From positions 162,099 to 226,098 of the forward strand of contig CAXNJO010000008.1 of the NCBI GenBank assembly GCA_964202905.1: 64,000 nt of DNA, read 5' to 3'. A program made the position numbers and the translations under genes. Every line of letters starts with the position of its first letter. Position 1 is the first letter of the stretch. The notes below the pieces were generated by a model. It was not told the origin of the DNA, searched no databases, and saw only the letters and a program-made list of their open reading frames with translations. Positions 36,613 to 47,667 of this stretch are shown here, piece by piece. The stretch is from Polyangiales bacterium. GTDB taxonomy: Bacteria > Myxococcota_A > Polyangia > Polyangiales > JADJQN01.

Positions 36613-37380
36613 ATGATCGACCTCCGGGGCAAGCGGGCGCTCGTGACGGGCGCCGGGACGCGGGTGGGCGCGGCGATCGCCGTCGCGCTTGGGTCCCAGG
36701 GGATGCGCGTCGCCGTCCACCACCGCTCTTCCCACGCGGGCGCCCTCGCGGTCTGCGCGGCGATCGAGGCCGCGGGCGGCACCGCCGAGCCCTTCGCCGC
36801 GGACCTCGCCGACCGGCGCGCGGTGCGCGGGTTGGTGGACGCCGTCGTCGAGCGCTTCGGCGGCCTCGACCTCGTCGTCGCGAGCGCGGCGAACTTCGAG
36901 CGGGTCCCCTTCGACGAGATCGACGACGACGCGTGGGACCGCACGCTGCAACTGAACCTCGCCTCGCCGTTCGCGCTCGTGCAGCGTGCGCGCCCGGCGC
37001 TTCGCGCGTCCGGCGGGTCGGTGGTGTTCGTGACGTGCACGAGCGCGACCGTGCCCTACCGCCACTACCTGCCTTACGTCGTCTCGAAGGGCGCCGTGCA
37101 GAAGCTCGTGCGCGCCCTCGCGCTCGAGCTCGCGCCGGAGGTCCGGGTGAACGCGGTCGCGCCGGGTACCGTGCTCCCGCCGCCCGAGATGGACGCGGCG
37201 CTCCTCGAGCGCCTCGCGTCGCGCGCGCCGCTCGCACGGATCGGCACCGCGGAGGACGTCGCGGACGCGGTCGTCTACCTCGCGCGGGCCCCGTTCGTGA
37301 CGGGGCAGGAGATCCTCGTCGATGGCGGCCGCACCATCGGCGCGGGGGGCGAGCGCGAGGACGCCGACGACCCGCTCTGA
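36613..37380 (+). CDS. SDR oxidoreductase, pteridine reductase-like
   Basis: TGAGTRVG, YVVSK, VRVNAVAPG, VTGQEILVDGG. Confidence 0.9.
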   Translation: MIDLRGKRALVTGAGTRVGAAIAVALGSQGMRVAVHHRSSHAGALAVCAAIEAAGGTAEPFAADLADRRAVRGLVDAVVERFGGLDLVVASAANFERVPFDEIDDDAWDRTLQLNLASPFALVQRARPALRASGGSVVFVTCTSATVPYRHYLPYVVSKGAVQKLVRALALELAPEVRVNAVAPGTVLPPPEMDAALLERLASRAPLARIGTAEDVADAVVYLARAPFVTGQEILVDGGRTIGAGGEREDADDPL

Positions 37381-37485
37381 GCCGCGGGCGGTCGCGACGG
37401 TGCGGGGCCGGGGCGGCGCTCCGGGGTCCACGCGCGCGCCGTCGCAACGAGCCTCCGCTCGCGCGGGGCTCCCGCGTCGACGGCG

Positions 37486-38418
37486 TCAGGTGGCGTCGGC
37501 GACCAGCACGCGCGTGACCGTCGCGTCGACGTCGTCGACGCGCACTTGCTGACCCACGACGGCCCTCGCGCGCTTCACGTACCCGAGCGCCAGCACGACG
37601 TCGCGCGCGGGGTCTGCGGCGGCGGACGTCACGCTGCCGAGCTCGGTGCCGTCCCCGAGGCGGATCGTCGCGCCCGGGCTGAGCGGCGCGTGGGCCTCGA
37701 GGAGCACCAGCTTGCGCACGAGCTGCCCGCGGCTCTCGAGCGTGCAGACGACCTCCTGGCCGAGGTAGCAGCCCTTGGTGAAGGAGACGGCGCGCTCGCG
37801 AAGCCCCGCCTCCTGCGGGTAATTGCGCTCGCCGAAGTCGAGCCCGAACTGCGGCCGGCCGAGGCGGAGCGCGGCGAGCCGCCACGCGTCCTCGTCGACT
37901 CCGTCGCCGCCGAGGGCGCGGGCCGCGGTCTCGAGCGCGCGGAGGGCGGCGCTGGCGGCGTGCGCCGGCACCAGCACGTCGAGGCCGCCGGTGCCGAGCC
38001 GGTCGGACGGGAAGACCTGCGCGTTGACGAGCGCCGCGCCGGCGACTGCCGCGTGCGCCGATGGCCCCTGCGCGGTCAGCACCGCGAGGTCGTCGAGCGG
38101 CGTGAGCGTGACGTCCTCCATGATGATGTAGCGCTCGAGGTGCTCGAGGAGCGCGGTGGCCGCGCTGCCGGGCACGACGAGCAGCCAGTCTTCCCCGCGA
38201 TCGAGCGCGATCGCGTCCGCGACGATCTTGCCTTTGCCGTTCAGCACGAGGGCGTACACCGAGTCGCCCGCGCGCGCGGCGCGGAGATCGTTGGTGACCT
38301 GGCCGCTCAGCCACGTGCGCGCGTCGTCGCCCGCCACACGCACGACGCGCTGGTCCGGGAGCAGGCGCACGCCGACGGTGTGCTCGAGGGCGGTCGCGCG
38401 AGAGGCGGTCGTCGTCAT
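37486..38418 (-). CDS. ygfZ: Folate-binding protein YgfZ
   Basis: WLSGQVTND and VSFTKGCYLGQEVV signature. Confidence 0.93.
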   Translation of the reverse strand: MTTTASRATALEHTVGVRLLPDQRVVRVAGDDARTWLSGQVTNDLRAARAGDSVYALVLNGKGKIVADAIALDRGEDWLLVVPGSAATALLEHLERYIIMEDVTLTPLDDLAVLTAQGPSAHAAVAGAALVNAQVFPSDRLGTGGLDVLVPAHAASAALRALETAARALGGDGVDEDAWRLAALRLGRPQFGLDFGERNYPQEAGLRERAVSFTKGCYLGQEVVCTLESRGQLVRKLVLLEAHAPLSPGATIRLGDGTELGSVTSAAADPARDVVLALGYVKRARAVVGQQVRVDDVDATVTRVLVADAT

Positions 38419-38613
38419 GGGGCGCTTCTGGGGTGTGCGGCGGCGGCGCGCAAGCGTCGCGTCGCGCGTCGTGCGCGGTGGCGGGCGTGAACGGCGCGCG
38501 ACCCAGCGCGTGAACGCGAGTTCGCAGCGGGGCGATGTGGCGCCCGCGCAGCGCGTCCGCGTCGGGGGATCCGGGCACCCGGCGTGGCGCGCCGTTTGCT
38601 ATCGTGCCGCGAC

Positions 38614-39747
38614 ATGATGCCTCCGCGCGCCCGGTCCCTGCCGCTGTCGATCCTCGTCGCGGTCCTCGTGGGTTGGGCTGCGCTGCCCGCGGCGGTCGCC
38701 CGCGCGCAGGACGACCTCGCGGGGCTCGCGCAGATGCTCGCGCGGATCAACCAGATGCGCTCCGCGGTGGGCCTCGCGGCGCTCACGCGAGGCGCGGAGC
38801 TCGACGCGGCTGCCGTGGTCCACAGCGCCGACATGGCCGCGACCGAGCGGCTCGAGCACGTCTCCGCGACCACCGGCGACCCGACGTCGCGCTTGGCCGC
38901 GGCAGGCGTCCGAGGCGTGCAGATCGCCGAAAACATTGCGCTTCACGCCGACGTGATGTCGGCCCACGCCGCGCTCGTCGCCAGCGAATCGCACCGCACC
39001 AACCTGATGAGCGCGGGGTTCACGCGCATCGGGCTCGCCGCCGCGCGCTCGCCGCGCGGGGTCTACGTCACGCAACTGTTTGCCGCGTCGCCCGCCGAGC
39101 CGCCCGCTCCGCCCGCACCCGCGTTGGTGCCTGCGGAGCCGGCGCCCGCGCCGGTGCCGTCCGCCGTGGGCGACGCGGCCGCCGGTGTCGCTCCGGCCGT
39201 GCCCCCCGTCGCAGCGGAGCCCGCGCCCGCCGCGATTCCCCCCGCGCCTGCCGGGCCCGAGGCCGCCCCCGTGCCGACGAGCGCCGCGGTCCCGACGGCG
39301 CCCATCGGGCCGGGCGCGCGTCGCGTCGCGGGCTATTGGGTCTTCAGCCAGCAGCGCTGGTGGTACTACCCGCTCCCGGCGGACGCGCGCGCCGGGCAGG
39401 TGTTGCAGCCCGCAGCGCTCCCGCCGGGCGCGGCACCCCCCGGCTACACGTCGCCAGGGCCCGCCGCGTATGGGACGGCCGTGGCCCGTCCGTCCCCGGC
39501 CTGGGGCGTGCCGCCGGCGTACGTCACGACGCCGGGCGCGGTGTACGGGCAGCCGGGCGCGGTGTACGGGCAGCCGGGCGCGGTGTACGGGCAGCCGGGC
39601 GCGGTGTACGGGCAGCCGGGCGCGGTGTACGGGCAGCCGGGCGCGGTGTACGGGCAGCCGGGCGCGGTGTATGCGCCGCGTCGTGTCGTGCGTGCCCCGG
39701 CCTTCGACTGGAGTCCGCGCCGGCATCCGGGACGTCGCGCGCGTTGA
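38614..39747 (+). CDS. Secreted CAP (SCP) domain protein with Pro/Ala-rich linker and heptapeptide repeats
   Basis: [38 protein letters not shown]. Confidence 0.88.
   Translation: MMPPRARSLPLSILVAVLVGWAALPAAVARAQDDLAGLAQMLARINQMRSAVGLAALTRGAELDAAAVVHSADMAATERLEHVSATTGDPTSRLAAAGVRGVQIAENIALHADVMSAHAALVASESHRTNLMSAGFTRIGLAAARSPRGVYVTQLFAASPAEPPAPPAPALVPAEPAPAPVPSAVGDAAAGVAPAVPPVAAEPAPAAIPPAPAGPEAAPVPTSAAVPTAPIGPGARRVAGYWVFSQQRWWYYPLPADARAGQVLQPAALPPGAAPPGYTSPGPAAYGTAVARPSPAWGVPPAYVTTPGAVYGQPGAVYGQPGAVYGQPGAVYGQPGAVYGQPGAVYGQPGAVYAPRRVVRAPAFDWSPRRHPGRRAR
39531..39671 (+). repeat. 6.7 x 21-bp perfect coding repeat (PGAVYGQ)
   Basis: GCCGGGCGCGGTGTACGGGCA repeated in tandem. Confidence 0.95.
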
Positions 39748-39790
39748 GCGGCCGCGCGGCTCCCTTCTCCTGCGCTACCATCGCGCCGCG

Positions 39791-41312
39791 ATGACCGACG
39801 ACCGGCGTGCGGAGGGGCGGGACTCGACCCTCCCTGCGGCGCCCCCGGTGGACGCCGAAGGCGGCCAAGCGCTGCGCGCATGTCCGCTCTGCGGGGCGAC
39901 GTACCCCTCGGATTTCGTCGTGTGTCCGCGGGACGCGAGCCCGCTCGGGATCGCGCGGACGGACGACGACCCGCTCCTCGGGCAGGTGCTCGCCGGGACC
40001 TACCGCGTCACGGGTGTGCTCGGCGAGGGCGGCATGGGGCGGCTCTACGAGGCCGAGCATCTGCGTCTCGATCGACGCGTCGCGCTCAAGGTGATCCACG
40101 AGGGGTGGGCGCAGCGGGCCGATCTGCTCGCGCGCTTCGAGCGCGAGGCACGGGTGCTCGGCCGCGTGCGCTCGCCGCATGTGGTGCAGGTGCTCGACGT
40201 GCTGCAGACGGCCGATGGGCGCCCGTGCATCGTGTGCGAGCGGCTCGAGGGTGAAGACCTCGAGGCGCGCCTCGCGCGGGAGCCCCGTCTGGGCGTGGCG
40301 GAGGCGATCGGGATCGCGCGGCAGGCCTGCGCAGGGCTCGCGTCGGCGCACGCGGTGGGCGTCGTGCATCGCGACCTGAAGCCGTCGAACCTCTTCCTCG
40401 TCGAGGACGGCACGGTGAAGGTGCTCGACTTCGGCGTCGCGCGGCTCGCCGACGCCGACGACGGCGCGCGCCTCACGCGGACGGGCGCGGTCGTCGGGAC
40501 GCCGGCGTACATGGCGCCGGAGCAGGCCCGCGGCGCCGCGGGCGTCGATGCGCGGAGCGATGTGTACGCGGTCGGCGCGGTGCTCTACCGGATGCTCACC
40601 GGGCACGCGCCGTACGCCGGGCCCGACGCCGGCGACGACGCTCGCCGCCGTGCTCGAGCGCGAGCCTGCGCGCCCGCGCGCGCTCGAGCGGAGCATCCCG
40701 GAGGGCGTCGAACTCCTCGTTCAGACGGCGATGGCGCGGGATCCCGCCGCGCGTCCGGCGTCGGTGGGCGCGCTCGCGGTGTCCCTCGCGGCGTTCGCGC
40801 CGGGCGCCGTGGCGGGTCAGCCCGGCGACGGCCGCGCGTCTTCGACACCCGAGGGCGCTGCGGAGGCGGTCACGCGCGCTGCGCGGCTCGCGCGGCCCCT
40901 CGCGGTCTGTGGGGTCGCGGCAGCGGCGCTCGCGGCGGGTGCGGCGACGGCGAGCGCGCTCGGTCTCGTCGTCGCCTCGCTCCGCGGTCAGGCGCGGGTC
41001 GACGCGACGGATGTCGCGCTCGTCACGCTCGCGGGGCTCGTCGCGCTCGTCGCGACGGCCTTCGCCGCGGGGCGAACGCTGCGGGACGCATGGACCTCGA
41101 CGCCGCGCGCGGCGCGCTTCGCGGCGACCTCGGCGCGTGCGCTCCTCGCTGGGGCGGCGACGTTCGGCGCGCTCGAGCTGGCGGCGCGGCTCGGGGCGCT
41201 GCGTGCGCTCGAGCCCGCCGGGGTCGAGCCGCTCTGGGCCGTCGCGCGCCTCGCCATCGCCGCGGCCGCGGCGCTCGTCGCGCTCCGCATGGCGCCCCGC
41301 GCGCCCCGCTGA
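39791..41312 (+). CDS. Membrane Ser/Thr protein kinase with N-terminal zinc ribbon; one frameshift near 40630
   Basis: [32 protein letters not shown]; the C-lobe and transmembrane tail continue in the 40548..41312 frame. Confidence 0.88.
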
Positions 41313-41370
41313 ATCGGGGCGCTCCTCCGTGCGAGCGGTCTCGCGGCGCCGTGCGGCACGCGCGCGGCGC

Positions 41371-42162
41371 TCACGCGCGCCGCAGCCGCCCGGCCGAGAG
41401 CGTGCGGACGCCCGAGGCGGTCGCGATGCGCAGCGCGCCGCCCGCGTCGACCCCGACCAGGTCGCCGACGACATCGCCACATCGGACGCGCTCGCCGCGC
41501 CATGCGAGCCGCTGCCCGAGCGCCGCCACGATCGGCGCGCCGCCCGCGCGCACCAGCCGATCGACCCAGAGCTCGACCGAGCGCAGCAGCCGCGCGAGGA
41601 CCTCGTCGCGCGGCAGCGCGTGGCCGCGACAGCGCGCGAGCGAGGTGGCCACGGTGGCCAGATCGTCTGGAAAAACGGGCCTGTTCACGTCGAGCCCGAT
41701 CCCGATGATCACGGCCCCGAGCTGCGTGCCCACGGACGAAGTCTCGACGAGCACGCCCGCGCACTTGCGCTCGTCGCCGGGCGGACCGACGAGCACGTCG
41801 TTCGGCCACTTCACGCGCGCGGGGCGATCCGTCAGCGCCTCGACGCACTCCGCCACGCCCACGCCCACGGCGAGCGTCACTTGCGGGAGCACGTGCGGCG
41901 GCAGCGCGGGCCGATCGACGATCGAGAGGTAGAGGTCGGTGCCTCCCGGCGAGGACCACGTGTGGCCGTGCGCGCCGCGCCCCGCGTCCTGCGCGTCCGC
42001 GACGACGACGTGTCCATCGGGCGCGCCAGCGTCGGCCGCCGCGCGCGCGTCGTCGTTGGTCGAGCGCGTGCGGGCGCGGACGTCGAGCGAGCGCCCGTAG
42101 CGGTGTGTCGTGAGGCGCGCGGCGATGGCGATGGGGTCGAGGTCGGCGGGGAGCGTGGTCAT
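41371..42162 (-). CDS. birA: Biotin--[acetyl-CoA carboxylase] ligase
   Basis: [37 protein letters not shown]. Confidence 0.93.
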   Translation of the reverse strand: MTTLPADLDPIAIAARLTTHRYGRSLDVRARTRSTNDDARAAADAGAPDGHVVVADAQDAGRGAHGHTWSSPGGTDLYLSIVDRPALPPHVLPQVTLAVGVGVAECVEALTDRPARVKWPNDVLVGPPGDERKCAGVLVETSSVGTQLGAVIIGIGLDVNRPVFPDDLATVATSLARCRGHALPRDEVLARLLRSVELWVDRLVRAGGAPIVAALGQRLAWRGERVRCGDVVGDLVGVDAGGALRIATASGVRTLSAGRLRRA

Positions 42163-42205
42163 GCGCGGAGGCGTGCGTGCGCGCGAGGTGGTGAGAGCGC
42201 TGTGC

Positions 42206-43090
42206 TCAGCACCAGTCGAGCCCGAGATCGACGGCGGGCGCCGAGTGCGTGAGCGCGCCCGCGCTGATGACGTCGACGCCCGCTGCGGCGATGCGCGGGA
42301 TGCGCTCGAGCGTGACGCCGCCCGAGACCTCGACGATCGCGCGCCCCGCGATGACGCGGACCGCGTGCGTGAGCGCGTCGTCGTCGAAGTTGTCGAGGAG
42401 CACGATGTCGGCCCCGGCGGCGAGCGCCTCGTCGAGCTGCGAGAGCGTGTCGACCTCGCACTCGATGCGCGAGGTGTGGGGCGCGTGGGCGCGTGCGCGG
42501 CGGATCGCGATGCCCACGCCGCCGGCCGCCGCGATGTGGTTGTCCTTGATGAGCACGGCGGCGGAGAGGTCCTCGCGGTGGTTGTGCGCGCCGCCGCAGC
42601 GCACCGCGTAGCGCTCGAGCGCGCGCAGGCCGGGCGTCGTCTTGCGCGTGTCCGCGATGCGGGTCCGCGAGCCCGCTGGCAGCGCGTCGACGTAGGCGCG
42701 CGCGAGCGTCGCGGTGCCGCTCATCCGCTGCGCGAAGTTGAGCGCGACCCGTTCGCCCGCGAGGAGCGACGCCGCGCGCCCCCGCACCCGCGCGGCGACG
42801 GCGCCGGCCGCGAGGCGCTCGCCATCGGCCGCGACGTCGAGCACCTCGACCGCTGGATCGACCTGCGCGTAGACCTCGCGCACGACGCAGAGCCCGCTCA
42901 GCACGAGCGGTCGGCGCGCCGCGAGCACGGCCTCCCCGCGCGTCTCCCAGGGGACGGTCGCGGCCGTCGTGACATCGCCGCGCCCGAGGTCCTCCTCGAG
43001 CGCGAGCGCGACGACGCGCGCGAGCGTTTCACGCGCGGGGCGGACCGACGCGAGGTCGAGCGGCGGGTCGATTCGGGTGGGTTCCTTCAT
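42206..43090 (-). CDS. nadC: Nicotinate-nucleotide diphosphorylase
   Basis: EDLGRGDVTT, GERVALN, DTRKTTPGLR, LIKDNH, LLDNF, EVSGG; ATG at 43090. Confidence 0.97.
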   Translation of the reverse strand: MKEPTRIDPPLDLASVRPARETLARVVALALEEDLGRGDVTTAATVPWETRGEAVLAARRPLVLSGLCVVREVYAQVDPAVEVLDVAADGERLAAGAVAARVRGRAASLLAGERVALNFAQRMSGTATLARAYVDALPAGSRTRIADTRKTTPGLRALERYAVRCGGAHNHREDLSAAVLIKDNHIAAAGGVGIAIRRARAHAPHTSRIECEVDTLSQLDEALAAGADIVLLDNFDDDALTHAVRVIAGRAIVEVSGGVTLERIPRIAAAGVDVISAGALTHSAPAVDLGLDWC

Positions 43091-43758
43091 GTCCAGCGCT
43101 CCACGGGCCAGCCGCGCACCAGCGCGCGCACGCGCAGCCGCGGATCGGGGTTGACGACGCGCGGCTCGCCGACGCGCTCGAGCATCGGCAGGTCGCTCAC
43201 GCTGTCCGTATAGAACGTGCTCGCCGCGAGGTCGATGCCGTGCGTCTCCGCCCAGCGCTCGGCGACGACGACCTTGCCGTGTCCGTAGGCGAGCGGCTCC
43301 TCGTACGCGCCCGTGAAGCGCCCCTCGCGCACCGTGAGGCGCGTGCAGAGCACGTGCGCGATGTCGAGGTCGCCGGCGAGCGGGGCGATCGCGTACGGGG
43401 TCGATGCGCTCAGCACCACCGGCACGTAGCCCGCCCGCCGCCGCGCTTCGACCGCGGCCCGTGCCGCCGCGGTCACGTGCTCGCGCACCCGCGCCGCGTA
43501 CCACTCGACGCATTCCGCGCGGAACGCCTCCTCGTCGAGGCCGACGAGGGATTGCAGCGCGAGCGCGGTCACGCGCGGCGCATCCACGACGCCGAACATG
43601 TACTGGAGCATCCACCCGCTCACGCGGAGCACGTCGCGCAGGCGCGCCTGCCCGCGGTCGCGGCGCCAGCGCAGGTAGAGCTGGCCGGTGTTCACGCGCA
43701 CGAGCGTGCGGTCCATGTCGAAGAAGGCGGCCCGCTGGGGCGGCGCGGCCGCCTTCAC
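43087..43758 (-). CDS. HAD-IB family hydrolase
   Basis: AFFDMDRTL, LSAS, GK, YTDSVSDLPML, VNPD. Confidence 0.92.
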   Translation of the reverse strand: MKAAAPPQRAAFFDMDRTLVRVNTGQLYLRWRRDRGQARLRDVLRVSGWMLQYMFGVVDAPRVTALALQSLVGLDEEAFRAECVEWYAARVREHVTAAARAAVEARRRAGYVPVVLSASTPYAIAPLAGDLDIAHVLCTRLTVREGRFTGAYEEPLAYGHGKVVVAERWAETHGIDLAASTFYTDSVSDLPMLERVGEPRVVNPDPRLRVRALVRGWPVERWT

Positions 43759-44552
43759 AGCCAGCCCCGCACGAGGATGTCCGCGTAGACGTTGCTCGCC
43801 GCGTGCACGAGCAGCGCCGCGCCGATGCCGCCGCGCCACGCGCGCAGCCAGCCGAAGAGCAGCGCCGGAAACGCGACCGCGAGCCGCTCCGGCGCGAGAT
43901 CGACGGCGAAGTGCACGAGCCCGAAGAGCACGGCCTGCAGCAGCAGCGCGCCCGGCGAGACCTGCGCGCCGAGCAGCCGGACCGTGCGAGGCAGCGCGTC
44001 CGTGAGCCGCGTCTGCACGAAGCCGCGGAAGAACGCCTCCTCCGGCAGCGCGACGACCACGATCTGCGCGAGCGCGAACGACGCGAGGTCCGGCGGCACG
44101 TGCAGCGCGAAAGGGCGCGTCGGCCCATGCCAGACGTGGAAGCCGAGCGCGAAGGGCGGGAAGACGACGCCGACCACGGCGAGCGCGACGAGCGCCTCGC
44201 GCAGCGCGGACGGCGCAGCGGTGCGGAGCGTCTCGAGCAGGTCGCGCGCGAGCGAGGGGCGGGCGGGCCGTGGCGGCGCGTCGTTCGGCGGGGCGTCCTC
44301 GCCGGGTGTCTCCACGTCGGGACGCGCGTCGGGCTGCGCGAGCAACCCGGCGAGATCGATGCCGTAGCGGCGGAGCCCGCCGGGCTCTCGCTCGGCGAGC
44401 TTGATGGCCGTGATCAGAAAGAGGGCGCCCACGAGGAGGTGGACGTATTCCCCGAGTGCCGGCGTGTCGCGCAGCCGGGTGACGAGCACCGTCGCCGCGC
44501 TGACGGCCGCGTAGACGAGAGCGACCTCGCGCAGCGCTCCCCGGTCCTTCAT
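43755..44552 (-). CDS. CPBP (CAAX protease-like) intramembrane glutamic protease, possibly myxosortase-type
   Basis: LPEEAFFRG, FGLVH, HAASN motifs. Confidence 0.88.
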   Translation of the reverse strand: MKDRGALREVALVYAAVSAATVLVTRLRDTPALGEYVHLLVGALFLITAIKLAEREPGGLRRYGIDLAGLLAQPDARPDVETPGEDAPPNDAPPRPARPSLARDLLETLRTAAPSALREALVALAVVGVVFPPFALGFHVWHGPTRPFALHVPPDLASFALAQIVVVALPEEAFFRGFVQTRLTDALPRTVRLLGAQVSPGALLLQAVLFGLVHFAVDLAPERLAVAFPALLFGWLRAWRGGIGAALLVHAASNVYADILVRGWL

Positions 44553-44723
44553 CGGAGCGGCGTTATACGCGCGCCGCTGGGGCGGGGCGAGGGGTGTGCC
44601 GCCGGCAAGGGGGGCGACGTCCGTCACCGCGCGCCCCGTCCGTGCGCCGTTCAGCGCGGACAGCAGGTGCCGCGCCCCTCCTCGGCTCCGAGCTCGGCCG
44701 GTTGCGAACAAAACGACGCGGGG

Positions 44724-45071
44724 GAACTCGGAGTTCTCCGGATCGATTTCAAAACCCGTTTCGAGAACTCGGAGTTCTCCGGATCGATTTCAAAATCGAT
44801 TTCGAGAACTCGGAGTTCTCCGGATCGATTTCAAAAACCAATAGTGTGAACTCCGAGTTACGCGGATCGATTTCAAAACCCACTTGCGTGAACTCGGAGT
44901 TACACCGGAGCGCCCTCCGAACCGAATGTCCGTGAACTCGGAGTTCTCCCGGAGGCCCTCGGAGCTCGATCGGGAGAACTCGGAGTTCTCCCGGAGGCCC
45001 TCGGAGCTCGATCTGGAGAACTCGGAGTTCTCCCGGAGGCCGTGAGAATCAATCTCGATAACTCGGGGTTC
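44724..45071. repeat. Array of nine palindromes GAACTC(G)GAGTTC at 41-44 bp spacing
   Basis: Units start at 44724, 44765, 44806, 44848, 44890, 44934, 44976, 45018 and 45059. Confidence 0.92.
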
Positions 45072-45373
45072 GCCGCGGCGAGCTTCCATCGACTGACGCG
45101 TGTCGATCGTGCCATGGACGACCGGTCGGGCGTCGGCGGTGAACGTCGTGGGCGCGGCTCCGGGGCGAGCCGACGGTGGCGTGGTACGTCCTCGGGTCAT
45201 CAGGGGGCGCCTTCGTCGGCCCTCTGCATGGGGAGCCGCAGCGCCGTTCGTCACGGATCCCGGGGCTTTGGGAACAGATCGGACGTCTTCGGCTGCCGTC
45301 GGGGAGGGTCGGTCTGGCCTTCGGCCGCACCGCGCCGTATGTTTCCTGCGGTAGATTTCTACGCGAGGCCTCC

Positions 45374-45979
45374 ATGAACACCCCCGCCCAGCCCGCGCTC
45401 GAGCCCGGGCGCGCCTATCGAACGCGTGACCTCCGGCCGTTCAGCGCGAACCCCACCCGCCTTGCGCGGCGGCTGGTCGACGAGGGCAAGCTCCGCGAGG
45501 CCGCCCACGGGCTCTACTACGCGCCGGTTCCCTCGCGCTTCGGGCTCGCGTCTGCGTCCGACGAGGCGCTCCTGCGCGCCTTTCTCGGCGGCGAACGGTT
45601 CCTCGTGACCGGCCCGCCCTGCTGGAACGCGCTCGGCCTCGGGTCCACGGCGATGTTCGCGGTCAAACTCGTCTACAACCTGCGTCGTTCAGGGGAGTTC
45701 GAGCTGGATCGCCGAAGGTTCCTGCTGCGCCGGGTGTACTTCCCCGAGACGCCGACCGCCGAGTGGTTCATCGTGGATCTGCTCCAACACCACGGCATGG
45801 CCGGCGTCGGGCTCAGCGTTCTGCGCGAGGGCCTCGTCGCGACGCTGCGGATCGGCCGTTGGGATCGCGCGCGGTTGCGCGAGATGGCCGAGGCCTACGG
45901 CACGAAGGCGACGCAGGCTTTGGTCGACGAGGCCCTCCATCAGACCGAGGTGAGCGCGGCGAGTGAGCTTCGTCCATGA
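45374..45979 (+). CDS. AbiEi-like type IV antitoxin (wHTH)
   Basis: PGRAYRTRDL...LVDEGKL...GLYYAP..SRFG, WNALGLGST, VYN; directly upstream of an AbiEii-like gene. Confidence 0.75.
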   Translation: MNTPAQPALEPGRAYRTRDLRPFSANPTRLARRLVDEGKLREAAHGLYYAPVPSRFGLASASDEALLRAFLGGERFLVTGPPCWNALGLGSTAMFAVKLVYNLRRSGEFELDRRRFLLRRVYFPETPTAEWFIVDLLQHHGMAGVGLSVLREGLVATLRIGRWDRARLREMAEAYGTKATQALVDEALHQTEVSAASELRP

Positions 45980-46917
45980 TAAGCCTGATTTCTCCATGCT
46001 GATCATGGCTGTCGAGCGTGAAACGCGCATCGACGCCGCGCTGGTCGAGAAGGACTACTGGATCACCCACGCGCTCTGGGCGCTGCATGAGACCGGGCTC
46101 GACGTCTGGTAAAAGGGCGGCACCAGCCTGTCCAAGGGCTTCGGCATCATCGAGCGCTTCTCGGAAGACCTCGATCTGATGGTGGAGCCCGGTCGCGTCA
46201 CGGCGCTCCCCGACGTCCGCAGCTGGACGAGCTTGAACAAGGGCCCGGTCGCGCAGCGCCACGCGTTTTACCGCGCGCTCGCCGAGGTGTTCGTGATTCC
46301 GGCGGTCCCCGTCGACCGCGACGTGACCCGTGAAGACAAATACGGACGCGGCGCCGATTACCTCGGCCGCTATCCCGGGGTGTTCGTGGCGAGCCTTCCG
46401 GGCGCGATGAGCCCTTCGGTGCGCTTCGAGGTCGGACGCGCGCGGGTGGTGCCGTTCGTCGAGCGGCCGGTGACCTCGTTCGTCCACGACTACCTCGACC
46501 GTATCGGGATGCTCGGCGAGTTCACCGACAACCGTCCCCGCGCCGTGCGGTGCGTGCACCCGCTGGTGACGCTGCTCGAGAAGCTCGGCGCCTGTCGCGA
46601 CGGTATGCCCGCGAGACGACGAGGCCGACAGCTTCGTGCGGCACTACGAGGACGCAGCGCGCATCGTGCGGGCGCTCGATCGACTCCCGCCCTCCGAGAT
46701 CCCGGCGCGGACGCTCGCCGACGACATGCTCGCGCAGAAGGACGTCGCGGCGCTGCCGAGCGCCGAGGATCCGTCGCTGGTGCTCGACGACCCGGCCAAG
46801 CGCGACGCCGTCGCGCAGGCGTACGCCCGAATCGCCCCGATGTTCTGGGGGCCGCGGATCCCGCTCGACGAGGCCTGCGAGTCGCTGCGGGGCTGGGTGG
46901 CGGCGATGCGCGGGTGA
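45963..46917 (+). pseudogene. AbiEii/AbiGii nucleotidyltransferase toxin, disrupted
   Basis: VEKDYW...W*KGGTSLSKGFGIIERFSEDLDL; TAA at 46110-46112; frameshifts near 46590 and 46619; RHYED in a third frame. Confidence 0.85.
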
Positions 46918-46942
46918 GCCGCCTCGCCGTAGCGGTTCGTGC

Positions 46943-47667
46943 ATATGGGAGTCCTCGCGTCCGCGCCGAGCTGCAGGCCGACGGCGTGATCGTGAGCGAG
47001 AAGACCGTCGCGAAGATCATGCGCGAAGACTGCCTCGTGGCGCGGGCCAAGAAGCGCTTCCGCGCGACGACCGACTCGAAGCACGGTGACCCGATCGCGC
47101 CGAACGTCGTCGATCGCAACTTCGTCACCGACGAGAAGAACGACACCTGGGTCACCGACGTGACGTGCATCTGGACGCGCAGCGGCTGGCTGTTCCTCGC
47201 CGTGATGCTCGACTTGTTCTCGCGCCGCGTCGTCGGCTGGGCGACGAGCGCGACGAACGACCGCTTCCTGGCGCTCGACGCGCTCCGCGACGCGATCACG
47301 ACGAGGCGGCCACCAGCGGGCCTCGTGCAGCACTCCGATCGCGGAAGCCCCTACGCCAGCGACGACTACCGCGCCGAGCTCGAGCGCTTCGCCATGATCG
47401 CGAGCATGAGCCGGAAGGGGGACTGCTGGGACAACGCCGTCGCCGAGAGCTTCTTCAGCACCTTGAAGACCGAGCTCGTCGGCGAGCACATCTACACGTC
47501 GCACGACGCGGCGACCGTCGCGATCGGCGATTACATCGACAACTTCTACAACACGCGACGTCGTCACTCGCATCTCGGGTACATGAGTCCTATCGAGTTC
47601 GAATTGATGAGTCAGGTTCAAGGGCGGGCTGCATAGTCAAACTGTCCGCAGAACGGGGGGAGGTTCA
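46943..47667 (+). mobile_element. IS3-family element, 5'-truncated (OrfB fragment plus right inverted repeat)
   Basis: YGSPRV, WVTDVT, HSDRGSPY, SRKGDCWDNAVAESFF, YNTRRRHSHLGY; stop at 47636; IR ending GGGGAGGTTCA at 47667; no OrfA or left IR. Confidence 0.9.

Noticed and set aside
39080..41932. 950-aa kinase ORF
   Set aside because: The N-terminus is an alternative frame of the CAP gene and the C-terminus is off-frame after the 40630 frameshift
44724..45071. CRISPR array
   Set aside because: The conserved core is only 13-17 bp, the intervening sequences are related to each other rather than unique spacers, and no cas genes are in the window
44594..45254. Small proteins with ENSEFS repeats
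   Set aside because: These come from translating the palindromic array on either strand; the 41- and 44-bp units break the frame
46179..47636. 485-aa nucleotidyltransferase-transposase fusion
   Set aside because: Chance read-through caused by toxin frameshifts; the middle is off-frame and the toxin's own stop is at 46917
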